DNA of 64,000 nucleotides from Octopus sinensis (taxonomy: Eukaryota): positions 60,388,001 through 60,452,000 of the forward strand of contig NC_042999.1 of the NCBI RefSeq assembly GCF_006345805.1. The letters are read 5' to 3'. Under the pieces are notes generated by a model. That model was not told where the DNA came from, did not search any database, and saw only the letters and a program-made list of their open reading frames with translations. The position numbers were made by a program, and so were the translations under genes. Shown here piece after piece: positions 1 through 12,895 of the stretch. Each line of letters starts with the position of its first letter. Positions within the stretch are counted from its first letter, which is position 1.

Positions 1-443
1 GCAACGGGAACAACACCAACAACGACACCACCAACAACAATAGCTGTAACAGCAGGTCTATAACAACAACAGCAATAGTGAGAGTTAACTATTGATAATT
101 CAAGAAAAACAAAGTAAGTGGAATCAAAATAGAAATCTAAGAGATAAATCATACACCCGTATAATTTTTTTTTAATCCTTTGAATTTTGTCTATTTCGTT
201 TTCCTTCAAGATTTTTATTTATCTCTTTTTAAGTTATTTAAATTTATCTTTTTAAATCCGAATACGTATATTTTTTTGCTTCGTTATCAGTTTTTCTGTG
301 TTTAATTTACTTTAAATTTATTCAATTTAGTTCATATTCTTTCATTATCATTATGTGTCAATTCATTTTTCAAAGTTTCTTTTTTTCTTCTGATACATAT
401 ATACATTCATTCAGGCATACATACATACAACACATGCATACAC

Positions 444-598
<155 letters not shown>

Positions 599-917
599 TA
601 CAATTTAATTATAAATTAAGTTTTCATGGTTTCATTTAGAAATTTCTTTAAATTCATTATCTGAATTCCATTTTACACTGAATTTTATTCTATTTTACTT
701 TGTATTCAAAATTTTTCTGAAGTTATTCTTTTTCTTGTATAAGGAATGTTCTAAAATGTTGCATAGTATAAATCATTGCCTTTTTGATTGCCATTTTCTC
801 TTCCAATTTCTTATTCATGCCTTTGTATCTTATTATTGTCGACAGTCAAATTAAGTACGTCTGCATCATTAATGTAATGCCAAATTATACATGTATCTAA
901 GTATGTATACATGTATC

Positions 918-1050
<133 letters not shown>

Positions 1051-2299
1051 TATGTAAAAAAAAATACATATTGGGACAAGAACGCAAAACATTTAGAAGA
1101 CGATACAAAAAACAGGGACTTGACATTCGAAGCCTTCAATCTTCAGCCAAGAACCGGATCATCTTCGCAGTTTCGGCTGATTAATCTTGAGATTGCTCCG
1201 ACCTGGCCAGCCCCAAAGGAAAATCTAAGCCAAGCGCATTAGATTCCTTGGAAGAAAGCCTCGAATGTATACAATACAAGGACGGGAAAACGGACGATGT
1301 TACACGAATAAGAATACAAAAATATGTAAAAACAATAATGATAACACGAATAAGAATACGAAAATACGTAAAAACAAAAATGATAATAATAATAACAAAA
1401 ACAGGACGTCACGGAGAGGCGTCTTTTCGACAGGACGAGTGAACTTTGAGCTGGCGCATTAGAAAAATGCTTTGGGGCAAAGAGAGAAAAAATGTATCTT
1501 GCTGCTACGGCTGCTAACCACAAAATGGCCAGCTGTCGGTCAGTTAGTCACGTGTGAGGAGAAGAGAGAGGAAAAGAGGGACAGATGAAGAGAGAAAAAA
1601 GGGGAATGTGTGTGTGTGTATGTGTGTGTGTGTTCATTAAAATTGTGTGAGTCCTTTTACAAAGCCATGGTGCGTTTAGCGAATCTCTATGACTAAGGAA
1701 ATATTTTGCGCGTTCCATTTGAAATTATATCGACGTAAAAATACCGATTAATTTAAGACATATGCAACACACAAAAATTCGGGATGATTTTCTGCCTTTG
1801 TTATAAGAGGTTTATTTCAACTACGTAATGGTTATTAAAGGTTATATACATATATGTACATGCGTACATATATATATACATACATGCATATATGGGTACA
1901 AGTCGTCAAGAAACGTGAACCAAATTGAAAACGAGAACATAAAAAACAAAAACATGGAAAACGAACTTTGTTTTCGAACAACGAAAGAAACAAATAGAAA
2001 AACGACACATGCAACATAAAGAGCAATCCCTTCCTCAGTTGTTCTGTGTTTTACCTACTTAGCGTTTCGAACGTTGAGACAAGACGCTACTTCGTAAAAA
2101 CAGTCGTTCCTGCAAAGCAAAATTAAATAAAATTTGGGATTTTGCGGAGAGTTAATGTGGTACCAAAAAATAGGACAGTGAGAACGAAACAGTAAAAACA
2201 AACGGTAAGGGCTGTTAATCCATAAGGATGAACGCTGTGGTGAACGCTGGAGACGGGAGACAGGCAAAAGTTGGTCATATATATATATATATATATATA

Positions 2300-2489
2300 A
2301 TAGGAAGGTTTACGAAAATAAACAAAAGACGAAGGCAGGTAGAGTACAAACAAATAATGTATTAGTATGGCGCTCAGGAATAGAAATAAAACAAGTCTTT
2401 TACGTTTCGAGCCTACGCTCTTCGACAGAAAGATACACAGAAAAGAAACAAGGAGAGAAAAAAATTGCGTGTAGGGGCTACGATCCAAC

Positions 2490-2490
<1 letters not shown>
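2300..2490 (-). mobile_element. Penelope-like element 3' tail (family H1), abutting (TA)n
   Basis: Same roughly 170-190 bp sequence recurs at about 10095-10260, 43358-43515, 51545-51720 and 51790-51945; the 10.1-kb copy lies 3' of a GIY-YIG remnant. Confidence 0.75.
2397..2432 (-). ncRNA. Minimal type I hammerhead-like motif, CUGUNGA core variant
   Basis: Minus strand reads CTTT-CTGTCGA-A-GAGC-GTAG-GCTC-GAAA-CG-TA-AAAG: stem I CTTT/AAAG, stem II GAGC/GCTC, palindromic ACGT in place of stem III, GUA site. Confidence 0.65.
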
Positions 2491-2697
<207 letters not shown>

Positions 2698-2729
2698 GGA
2701 CTGAGGGAAGGCATTCGAACCGTAGTGTG

Positions 2730-3005
2730 CTCACTTAACGTTTTCAGCCATTACACAATATATTTAAAGGTATTTTCCGAGCCAAAAGCCTATAAAACCG
2801 GTTTGGCAGATACTGTAGCGTAATCATTTCCTCCATCCCCGGGCATGACGTCGGTCTGTCACAAGATAACTCATTTTTACCGGCTGAGTGGAGTAACATG
2901 AAATGAAGTGCTTTGTTCTTAGAACACAACTCATTGTCCGGCTCAGGAATTGAAACCATAACTTTTAATCATGGCTGTAATACTCTAACTACTAAACATT
3001 GCACC
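2730..3005 (-). mobile_element. Degenerate tRNA-derived SINE with CORE/Meta-like central domain
   Basis: Reverse complement of the GTGTTCT-GAGCAAGAC-CTTTATTTCA-GTTGCTCCA-TCACTCAGC domain and a tRNA-like head, as in the 29462 and 54752 copies. Confidence 0.55.
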
Positions 3006-3431
3006 TCCACATATATCAAATACAATAGTAAATACTGGTGAATTGTTAATAAAATGTATAAAATTAGAACATAGCTAACTAGAAACACAAAGCAATATCC
3101 AGAAACTGGCAATGTAAAGGGTCACATACTATAGAGAAATTGAATATCTTGTATATCTAACCTTATAAACGATAATGTTTATGGATTTAGTCAATATAAT
3201 TAGAAGGCAATTAAATGGTTTTAAAGAGCAAATTATCTTATAGACTACGTCAATGCGCTATCAAATGACACATTAAATATCACAAGAAAAGCCCTTGATT
3301 AAAACAACTTTTGGCAAGCATCGCTGTTTTGTAACAATATCAAACATAGGCGTAAGGCCATATTTTCTGTTCTTTGCGAAGAAGAAGTATTCGTTTAAAA
3401 TGATCTCATCTCAATATTTAAACGCTACCTC

Positions 3432-3630
3432 GGGCGAAGAGCTGCCAGAATTGTTAGCGAACCGGGCAAAATGTTTAGCGGCATTTCGTTATGAGTTCAA
3501 ATGCCGCCAAGGTCGACTTCGTCATTCATCCTTCGGGCTCGATAAAATAACTATCAGTTGTATACTGGGTTCATATAATCGATTTGTCCCTTCCAACGAA
3601 ATTGCTGGCCCTGTGCCAAAATTTGTAATC
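3432..3630 (+). mobile_element. tRNA-derived SINE family B
   Basis: GGCG-GAGCTG-CAGAA head, GAGTTCAAAT-CC B box, GAGGTCGAC-TCATCCTT core. Confidence 0.8.
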
Positions 3631-3648
3631 AATGTTTAATCGGTACCT

Positions 3649-3848
3649 AGGGCGGAGAGCTGGTAGAATTTTTAGCACGCTGGGCAAAATGCTTAGCGGC
3701 ATTTCGTCTGTCTTTACGTTATATGCTCAAATGCCGCCGAGATCGTCTTCGCCTTTCATTCTTTCAGGGTCGATAAAATAAATACCAGTTGAGGACTGGA
3801 GTTGATGCAAAACTTCTGGCCTTGAGCCAAAATTTGTAACTAATAATT
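3649..3848 (+). mobile_element. tRNA-derived SINE family B
   Basis: Second copy of the same head and core directly downstream. Confidence 0.8.
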
Positions 3849-3870
3849 TACTTCAACTTTATTTTATCGA

Positions 3871-4106
3871 ATCTTATTTTCTTATTGCCCACAAGGGGCT
3901 AAACATAGAGGGGACAAACACGGACAAACAAAGGGATTAAGTCGATTACATCGACCCCAGTGCGTAACTGGTACTTAATTTATCGACCTCGAAAGGATGA
4001 AAGGCAAAGTCGACCTCGGTGGAATTTGAACCTTGAACGTAACGGCAGACGAAATACCGCTAAGCATTTCGCCCGGCGTGCTAACGTTTCTGCCAGTTCA
4101 ACGCCA
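3871..4106 (-). mobile_element. tRNA-derived SINE family B, long-tail subtype
   Basis: Matches the copies at 44432-44665, 55512-55742 and 58338-58758. Confidence 0.85.
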
Positions 4107-5402
4107 TCTTTATTTTATCGAATCTGGTTGCATGAAAGGCTAAATTGGTCTCGTGAGAGAGAATAGAACGCAAACTCGAACAAATTATCAAAGTACAACT
4201 CATCAAGGATCCACTGCTGGTTGTGTAGATATTATGAACGACATCATGAATAACAGCTTGCAATTCATCTATCAAAACTGAGGTAAACAGAACAGTAGTT
4301 ACGTGCGAGTTTGGTTCTATCCAATATTTCAAACCCTTTGTTTATGCCAATTATGTTTGGAGCTCTGTCAAATTCCAACACTATTTGCAAGAAATTCCCT
4401 GAAATTTTAAATATGTCGTTTTTGCTAATGGAGCCAATTGTTTTAATTTTCTTGAGAAACAAAAAAAAAAAATTGTTTGGATATATTCAACAAAACATCA
4501 ATAAACTGTATCATATGAGAATGACAGCTTTCCAGTTTCACTGGTTGCTTCATTCTCGAAATATTTTCTCCAATTATTCCCTGGACTAATTATTCCCTTG
4601 ACTCTAATTATTCCCTTTAAACTAGGATATTAAAAATCTAGTCAAATGATTATTTCGTGAACCATTAACGTTTTCAGCGGGAGAAAAGTCTTCATTTATT
4701 AATCCACAAGAAGCTTCCTAAAATAAGTTCGCGTGCTTTCTGCTAATTGTGAGAGTTTATTTGTAAATTTGTCCTGCAATTTACTAGAAAAAATTACATT
4801 GTTTTTTAATTGCTTTTCCAAAGGGAGACACTAAGAAAAGCGGATTTCTCCATGCTCAGGCTAGTAAGATCGTGTGATAAATAATACTAGCTACTCTTTC
4901 TGTCCACACATACACTTTTCACGTCTTGATGCCGTTACTTCTGGGCTGGGCTGTGTTACTACAAAATAACTTTCACTAAATCACTAAGATAATATACTTG
5001 AGCATACATATTGTCTATTGCTTCATTTTCCTACGCCGAAATGCTTTCATCACGAGTTTTAAAAACGTATCTATTCATTTCCACTGCTATTCAAATTTAA
5101 ATACAATTAAACGAACACTACAATGGAATGTAATTTAAGTTTCTAAAAGTTGACTGAATTGCACAGGTATAATTCAGGGAAGCTATCTTTTAAAGGTTGA
5201 GTTAACTTGTAGCTTTCATTTTCCTTCTCATTTAACTCCATGTTTTTGCACTGGTTTTCTTTATAAGAATAGAGAAAATGTGTTCATTGTTACATTAATT
5301 ACTTTTTATCACGACCCTCATTCTGCTGCGGCACAGTGGATAACAATTTCTGGAATGTGATGTGCATGGGTATCTGCTTGTGCCTGCGTGTATGTATGCA
5401 TG

Positions 5403-5469
<67 letters not shown>

Positions 5470-5533
5470 TATATATATAAATATATATATAAAGTTAAGG
5501 AGATTGGTACATACATTTAGTCGCACACACATA

Positions 5534-6150
5534 CAGGGTGTCCCAAATTAACTGATGGGTTTCAATTTTTAATAACTGCCTTATCCTTACACATAAATGC
5601 ATGAGACCTTGCTGCAATATAAAGCATATAACGGAAATAAAACGCACAAGTCAAATTTTTTAAGACCACATCACATATGAAAAGTTACATCGCTTAAATG
5701 CCAGCCATTTTGGGGTTCGGACACCCGTGCTCTTTCTAAATCTTGCAACATATCACCACGAAGTCTGGGGGACGTGAAGGTCAGTTGACATTGCTGTAGC
5801 GGAATATCATTCTCTCTCCAAATCACTGCCATAGTAACTACATTATTTTTCTTACGGTATGAGCAGTTGTCCCATCTTCCTGGAACTGTGTGAGGTCTAC
5901 TTTGAATGACCTTTAAATTCTCCAGACTTGACTAGCTTGCATTTTGTCTTGTGAGGTTAACTGAAGGAAAGGGTTTATATCAAGTAACCGGAGACCCTGG
6001 TGAAACTGAAGTAGAAAATCAATAGGGAAATCAGAGAAATGGGGTCTGACACTCTTAAGGGTCTTAGGGTTCAAGTTTTGGGAAGTGCACGGGTGTGCGA
6101 AGCCAAAAATGGCTGGCATTTAAGCGATGTCATTTTTCATTTGTGTTGTA
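5534..6150 (-). mobile_element. Decayed Tc1/mariner-superfamily transposon (DD37D/DD41D-like) with an inverted duplicate of its 3' coding end
   Basis: TA followed by CAGGGTGTCCC terminus at 5532-5544; the minus frame at about 5770-5900 reads FQEDGTTAHT...FGERMIFR...N*PSRPPD (compare FQQDGATAHT...WPPRSPDL); NGWHLSDV C-terminus on both strands (5687-5730, 6087-6130). Confidence 0.7.
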
Positions 6151-6283
6151 GTAGCGTTTCACAATTTGACTGGTGCATATTCGTTTCCTCTGTATTCTTT
6201 ATAATGCTTCAAAGTTTCAAGATTTTATTTGTACAGTTCAGGAAGTTATTAAGAATTGAAAACCGTCAGTCACATTTGGGACA

Positions 6284-6306
6284 CTATCTCTATATATCTA
6301 TATCTA

Positions 6307-6351
<45 letters not shown>

Positions 6352-6421
6352 CTATCTATCTATCTATCTATCTATCTTCTATCTATCTATCTATATCTAT
6401 ATCTATCTATCTATCCATATC

Positions 6422-6511
<90 letters not shown>

Positions 6512-6512
6512 A

Positions 6513-6552
<40 letters not shown>

Positions 6553-6600
6553 CAGAGAGAGAGAAAGAGAGGGAGAAAGAGGAGAGATAGATAGATACAG
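6284..6600. repeat. (TCTA)n with (CT)n/(TA)n/(GA)n
   Basis: Direct reading; explains the IYLS ORFs. Confidence 0.97.
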
Positions 6601-6720
6601 AGAAGAAGAGAGAATCCTATATAAATAAGGATAAGATCGTTATTTTAAATAACGATCAAATCAAGTAGCAGCATAGGAAGGGAAAACCTTATTGTTTATT
6701 TTTATTATTAAAATTATAAA

Positions 6721-6986
6721 TAAGGTTATCTAAGAGATAGTAGCGAAAACTTGACTGTAAAACCACATCATGTATTCACTATAGCACAAGGTGAAGGGAC
6801 AAATAGTTAAATAAACTAGTAAAAATTGGATAATTACAGAAATTCAGGGTCTAGAGTTACCCAGTTTTTACTAGTTTACTCATCTATTTGTATTTTCACT
6901 TTCTGCTGTATTGAATACATGATGTAAATTCAGAGTCAAGTTTTGACTGCTATTTCAAGCATGCTGATATTTCTTAGATACCCTTA
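6721..6986. mobile_element. MITE-like imperfect inverted repeat
   Basis: TAAGG-TATCTAAGA...AAAACTTGACT...ACATCATGTATTCA...AAACTAGTAAAAA-TGG left arm is mirrored in the right arm; no coding capacity. Confidence 0.65.
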
Positions 6987-6991
6987 TGTAT

Positions 6992-7037
<46 letters not shown>

Positions 7038-7241
7038 TAATATATATATATATATATATATAATAATAAATATTAGGGAATAAATCCAAATTTACAGGGA
7101 AAAAAATCAGATTTAGGATTAAATCCAATTTTATAGTAAAATATTATAAAATATTATTAGAGACAAAACCACTATTTTGCAAAACAAACAAGGAAAGACT
7201 TGATCAATACATAAAATTTTAATAAATAGTCAAAAACACCG

Positions 7242-7284
7242 CCACTACAATCGTTTCTTGTCTTGATCGACAATCTTCAGGTGG
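7242..7284 (-). ncRNA. Type I hammerhead ribozyme motif
   Basis: Minus strand reads CCAC-CTGAAGA-TTGTC-GATCAA-GACAA-GAAAC-GATT-GTA-GTGG: intact CUGANGA/GAAA core, 4-bp stem I, 5-bp stem II, 2-bp stem III with 4-nt loop. Confidence 0.75.
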
Positions 7285-7331
7285 ACTTCCAATAAGTCAG
7301 TTTCAAATTATTGAAACTGACTATTGGAAGT

Positions 7332-7373
7332 CCACCTGAAGATGTCGATCAAGACAAGAAACGATTGTAGTGG
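7332..7373 (+). ncRNA. Type I hammerhead ribozyme motif (mirror copy, 1-nt deletion in stem II)
   Basis: CCAC-CTGAAGA-TGTC-GATCAA-GACAA-GAAAC-GATT-GTA-GTGG. Confidence 0.7.
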
Positions 7374-7885
7374 CGGTTTTTTTGACTATTTATTAAAATT
7401 TTATGTATTGATTAAGTCTTTCCTTGTTTGTTTTGCAAAATAGTGGTTTTGTCTCTAATAATATTTTATATATATATATATATATACATAATCAAAATAA
7501 GCAACAAGGATATCCAAGGTAGAGTAGTACAATTATTTCATGCTACTTCATTTTATTAAACACTGTAAGTATTTACATCAGTTTTAAAATGTCGAGCAAT
7601 CTTCAGCCACATATAGTATTTCCCAATTAAACGGACAATGCACATTTTTATCCCTATTTCATTTGCCAACATTGCAAAGAGGGTAGATATTTAGACAGAA
7701 TATATCCATACGCACACGCATATATGTGTGTTTGCGTGCTTGTGCGTGTGTGTGCGTGTGTGTGTTTGTGTGTCTGTGTCTGTTTGTGAGTGTGCGTGTA
7801 ATTGTCCTCACATTCTCAGTAGGCCTCTTATTGTCTACTTAACTTGCTTTTCATCTCGCTTATTCAGTTCGTTTAGCCATTCGAA

Positions 7886-7930
<45 letters not shown>

Positions 7931-10009
7931 TCAGAGCAAAGGAAGGTAAATAAGGAAACCCAATGAGAAAGAAGAATGCAGATTTGAAAGGAATATAGCA
8001 GGAAAATGTTGGCAAAAATAACATAAAAAAGCGTTGCAGGGCAAGAAGTAGAACAGAGGAACTCAAGTGGGAAGAGTCTATGAAAGCAGGAAATAACAGG
8101 GAATACGGTCAGGGGAGACAGGCAAAACAAAGAAAATGAAATTTATATTATGAAAAATTATGAAAGACAGAGAAAAGTTATCACCAGGAGAAAGAGAATT
8201 TGATAGAAGGGAGTGGTGGTAAAAAAAGCAAGAAATAGACAGAAACGATAATAGAAAAGCGATGTAAGATTGCTTTAGGTCGAGAAATAGAAAGGATAAG
8301 TTGTAAGATGTATCAGGGAAAGGTAATTAGGGGTTAAAATGAGAAAATAATACTGATAAAATAAATATGCGAAGAATATAGTGAAGGCCGTATCCAATCA
8401 TTCATTTCTCCTTCGAAATATAAGCATATAAGAATAAATTACACACACATACACACATACACAAACATGCGTACCCTCCGAAACGTAGAAACACGTGCGT
8501 GCAATTAAGTCTCGTGTGTGTTTCTGTGTATGCATACATTGTTGGAATTAATCAACTTGAGTTTCTAATTGAACAATTTCCATGAAAAACTCATTGTTAA
8601 ATGAAGTGTGATATGTTACATGAAGCACTCACCTTCTCCGTTATCTACGCACATGCATATATAAACACACACACACATTTTTATACTTATACACACACAT
8701 ACATAAATATATATGCATATATACATATATGTGTTTGTGTATGTGTGTGTGTGTGTTAAACGAAGAAATATATAAGAAAGAAGAAAATATTATGAACCCC
8801 TTCATCAGATGTCATCTATAAATCATCGCACTTTTGACTCATAATTCATTATTTTCATTCCAGCTTGCCCATAGCTTATTAAAATTGCAAGGACATTGTC
8901 GTGTGCGCATGGAGAAAACGAAAAATGCAAAACAAACCTGCTAAATGCGCATGAGTTGAAACCGTATGTAATAATAACACAAGCTGCATGAAGGATCAGG
9001 AACATACGAAAAGAAATAAACTGGGAAATGCGTGTTAATACGATTTGATGATAAGCTCATGAAGGACAATACAAAAGGAAAAGAAACTGGGAAAATATAA
9101 AAGCATTTTTTCTTCGAGTAATATAATGCAAGAAGCAGAAAGTGTCCTATGGCGTTAATCAACATGCAGAGAAGGAAAGAGTTGACGTACATAGAGGGGA
9201 GCGAAAGCAGTGAAAAGATTTCTAGAAAACTGCATAAGCGTAGGAACTTTATGTATACTATAGATTACAGCAATTGCAGAAACATTCATATTAGACTAAT
9301 CTGAAATGTGCTGACAGACCGCGGATACACCAACATTAAGACAACCGCAATAAATATGTTATTAAGCGATAATGTGTAAATTCTCATGGTGGAACGTTTA
9401 GAAATATTCCCTTTTTACTTTCCCAAAAATTGAGAGAACGTGTATGTGTGGTTTTAGGCAGTTCATTAATATCTTGATATCATATTTTGCTTCATATATT
9501 TATATCAGAATTGCGTGTTTCATGAATGTTGCCAGAGTATTCTCATTTTACTGACAGTATAATGTTAAGCCTAAGTCGCAAGATTATTACTCTATTCTCC
9601 GATTGCAAAAAAATTCAAGTTTCAAAGCTGGACGCTAGGAGAATTTAGCTGTTGAACCAGTAAATTCTTTTGGCTGTTGTTCACAATGAGATGAAAAGTA
9701 CAAAATATAGAATAATTTGTAAATTGCGAATACATTTTCGAAATGAGGTTACAGCGGGATGACTACATACGTATATTTCATTATACACAGTTTTTCTATC
9801 CACGTAGCAATTTAGCAATCTTGGTAAAGCGTCGAGTAGATTGCAAAATTAACTTCAGTGGGACTTGAAATCGATTAGCTTACAGTGAAAACAAATGCTT
9901 AAAGGCATTCAATTTGACGGCTTACCGAATTTTTCTCTGTCTATCTAACTTTCTCTGTCACTGTCTCTGTCTGTATGCCTGTCTTTCCCTCTATATATAG
10001 AAATATTCT

Positions 10010-10041
<32 letters not shown>

Positions 10042-10094
10042 ATGTACACACACACATACACACACATACACACACATACACACGCACATATATA

Positions 10095-10965
10095 TAGTTG
10101 AAATTTACAGAAAAAACAAGTGACTAAGACAGTTGTATACGTAACAAGCAGGTGTATTAGTTTGACGCTCGGGAAGGTGAGAAAGTCTTTTACGTTTCGA
10201 GCTTACGCTCTTCCACAGAAAGGAACATGATGAAATAAACAGAGAGAGAATAAAAAGCAGGGAAAGAATAAAGGAAAACTATTGGAGTTAGCGTTCAATC
10301 ATGGTGACTGGTCGGACAAAGGTAGTTAGACAGGAGAGCTAGGAAGAAGGAGAGATAATAAAGTAATGGTGATCCCAAAATGAAGGTGCGCGTGCGTATG
10401 TGTATGTGAGAGTATGAAAGTGTGTGCGTGTGGATAGAGGCTGGTGATTTTGACGTGTGGATGTGTACGTGTGTGTGTGAGTCTATAATGTGCGGGTGTG
10501 TGAAGATGGTGTAGGTACTGGGAAGTGGTCAGTGCTAGTGTGTTCGGAATGGTGTGGGAATGGTGTGCCGGTGCTGGGATGTGGGGATATGAGGGTGGGG
10601 TATGGGTTTTGAGTGAGGACGTGAGGGTGAGGATGTGCGTGTAGGGATGGGGTACGTGAGAGTGGGATGTTTAGGGATAGATGGTGGATGGAAGAAGGTG
10701 GGTAGGAGTGAAGAGAAGAGTTGAGCCCATTTGGTGCAAAAGAGCGAAGAGAGAAGATTAATTCTTGTTCACGACGAAGGCGGGAGTCCTGTGCAAAGTC
10801 AATCCGAACACAGACAGGTGTTGTAATGAATGGGCAGTAGAGCGGAAATGGCGCGAGAAGGGTGTTACATGAACTGGTCAACCAAGGGGCGTCCCGTTTG
10901 ACCGATGTGCAGTGGAGAAGAGAAAGAGCAGAAGATGCAGTAAATGACGTTACGGTGTTTGCATG
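10095..10965 (-). mobile_element. 3' part of a Neptune-type Penelope-like element: decayed GIY-YIG endonuclease, 3' UTR and hammerhead-like tail (family H1)
   Basis: Minus strand translates NVIYCIFCS...LHIGQTGRPLVDQF and SRLRREQELIFSLRSFAPNGLN, typical of PLE GIY-YIG N- and C-terminal motifs; stops and frameshifts present. Confidence 0.75.
10187..10222 (-). ncRNA. Minimal hammerhead-like motif, CUGUNGA variant
   Basis: Minus strand reads CTTT-CTGTGGA-A-GAGC-GTAA-GCTC-GAAA-CG-TA-AAAG. Confidence 0.65.
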
Positions 10966-11100
10966 TATTCATGCACAGTCACAAACAAATATTCACATAC
11001 AAGCATCCTTGCACATATATGCAAGTACACACATACGCAAGTATGTGAGAGTGCGTATGTGTGTATGTGTGTATACATGAATGTATATTCTTATATATTG

Positions 11101-11173
<73 letters not shown>

Positions 11174-11176
<3 letters not shown>

Positions 11177-11535
11177 TCTCTTTTACTTGTTTCAGTCATT
11201 TGACTGCGGCCATGCTGGAGCACCGCCTTTAATCGAGCAACTCGACCCCGGGACTTATTCTTTTTGTAAGCCCAGTACTTATTCTATCGGTCTCTTTTGC
11301 CGAACCGCTAAGTAACGGGGACATAAACACACCAGCATCGGTTGTCAAGCAATGCTAGAAGGACAAACACAGACACACAAACACACACACATGCATATAC
11401 ATATATATACATATATACGACAGGCTTCTTTCAGTTTCCGCTTACCAAATCCACTCACAAGGCATTGGTCGGCCCGAGGCTATAGCAGAAGACACTCGCC
11501 CAAGGTGCCACGCAGTGGGACTGAACCCGGAACCA
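11174..11535 (-). mobile_element. tRNA-derived SINE family A, 5' end lost at (TA)n
   Basis: Reverse complement of the full copy at 17889-18287; ends GAAACAAGTAAAAGAGAGTA. Confidence 0.88.
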
Positions 11536-11582
11536 TATATATATATATATATATATAAATATATATATAATATATATATATA

Positions 11583-11620
<38 letters not shown>

Positions 11621-11987
11621 CACCTATATGCGTGCGTGCATAGCAATATAACACACACATACATGTTTGCTTGCATACACGAAAATGTATATATATATAC
11701 ATATACGTCGCATGTACTTATGTACATATGAATGAATGTATGTATACATATACATATGATATGTACGCTCGCACCCACATATATTAAAAAGTACAAGCAT
11801 ATATCTATGAACACGTGTAGTCTTTCTGTATCGCGAACAGTGAAAACGAATGGATAAGTGTCGATAAAAGAAAGTGACACAGTAATAGAAAGACAGTTAG
11901 CAAAAACGATAGATAATAAACAGATACATAGATATGTATGTATGTTTGTATGCATTATATATATATATATATATATCAAATATATAT

Positions 11988-12020
<33 letters not shown>

Positions 12021-12024
12021 TATA

Positions 12025-12070
<46 letters not shown>

Positions 12071-12096
12071 TAATATATATAAATATATATATATAT
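11535..12096. repeat. (TA)n-rich low-complexity tracts
   Basis: Direct reading. Confidence 0.9.
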
Positions 12097-12427
12097 GAAG
12101 TGGGAGAAAGACAAACTTAAAGAGGAGGGAGTAAAATAAGAGAGAAAATAAAAGAGGGATGAGGGAGACATCATCCATTAGTATAATTTAATTTACTTAC
12201 TCTAGACACCTCAATCACTTATTTCTTTTAATAAAGTTATTTTTGCATTTTGTTTTATACAGCGTTGTCTTTCTAATTTTTAGGTGGTGACTGGAAGTTG
12301 AAGGCGGTGGTTGTAGAGTTGGTTGGCAGTGGTGCGCGTGGGGGTTATTTTAAATTGTAGTTCGATATACAGTTTTAGTTTTGTTTGTTTTTGTTGTACA
12401 ATTTATTCTCCTGTTTTTGACGTACAT

Positions 12428-12446
12428 TTCATTATTATTATTATTA

Positions 12447-12501
<55 letters not shown>

Positions 12502-12531
12502 GTCGTTGTTGTTGTTGTTATTGTCGTTGTC

Positions 12532-12563
<32 letters not shown>
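12428..12563. repeat. (ATT)n with (GTT)n interruption
   Basis: Direct reading. Confidence 0.97.
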
Positions 12564-12564
<1 letters not shown>

Positions 12565-12830
12565 GCATTTTTTGTTAGTTATTATCTGTTCAGTTGTAAC
12601 TCTTACAACTTTCAAAACTAGCATTAAAATATAAAAAAATACAATAACAATAATAAAAAAAGTATTTTGCTGATAATTATGGCTGACAGGCAATAATTGC
12701 TGCTGTTTTTTTTTATTTTGTAGTTGATGTTGATGCTTCAGGTGTTGTTTTTCATGCTATTGTGGATGGTAGTGATCATGATTTTGATGACTAGCATTTA
12801 AAAAAAAATATGCTTTTGAACCATCATTTC

Positions 12831-12831
12831 G

Positions 12832-12882
<51 letters not shown>

Positions 12883-12895
12883 GTAGCAGCAGCAA
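12831..12895. repeat. (TAG)n grading to (CAG)n
   Basis: Direct reading. Confidence 0.9.

Larger units (their letters stand above)
7145..7470. mobile_element. Near-perfect palindrome of about 160-bp arms, probably inverted PLE tails (family H2)
   Basis: Arms 7145-7306 and 7311-7470 with loop ATTA; each arm carries a hammerhead motif; (TA)n tracts nearby on both sides. Confidence 0.75.

Noticed and set aside
1115-1165. Possible hammerhead on the minus strand (CTGAAGA...GAATGTC-AAG)
   Set aside because: The GAAA core is broken and stem I does not pair properly; at most a decayed PLE tail.
7590-7625. CTGAAGA-TTGCTCG hammerhead-like start on the minus strand
   Set aside because: No matching stem II 3' strand or GAAA follows.
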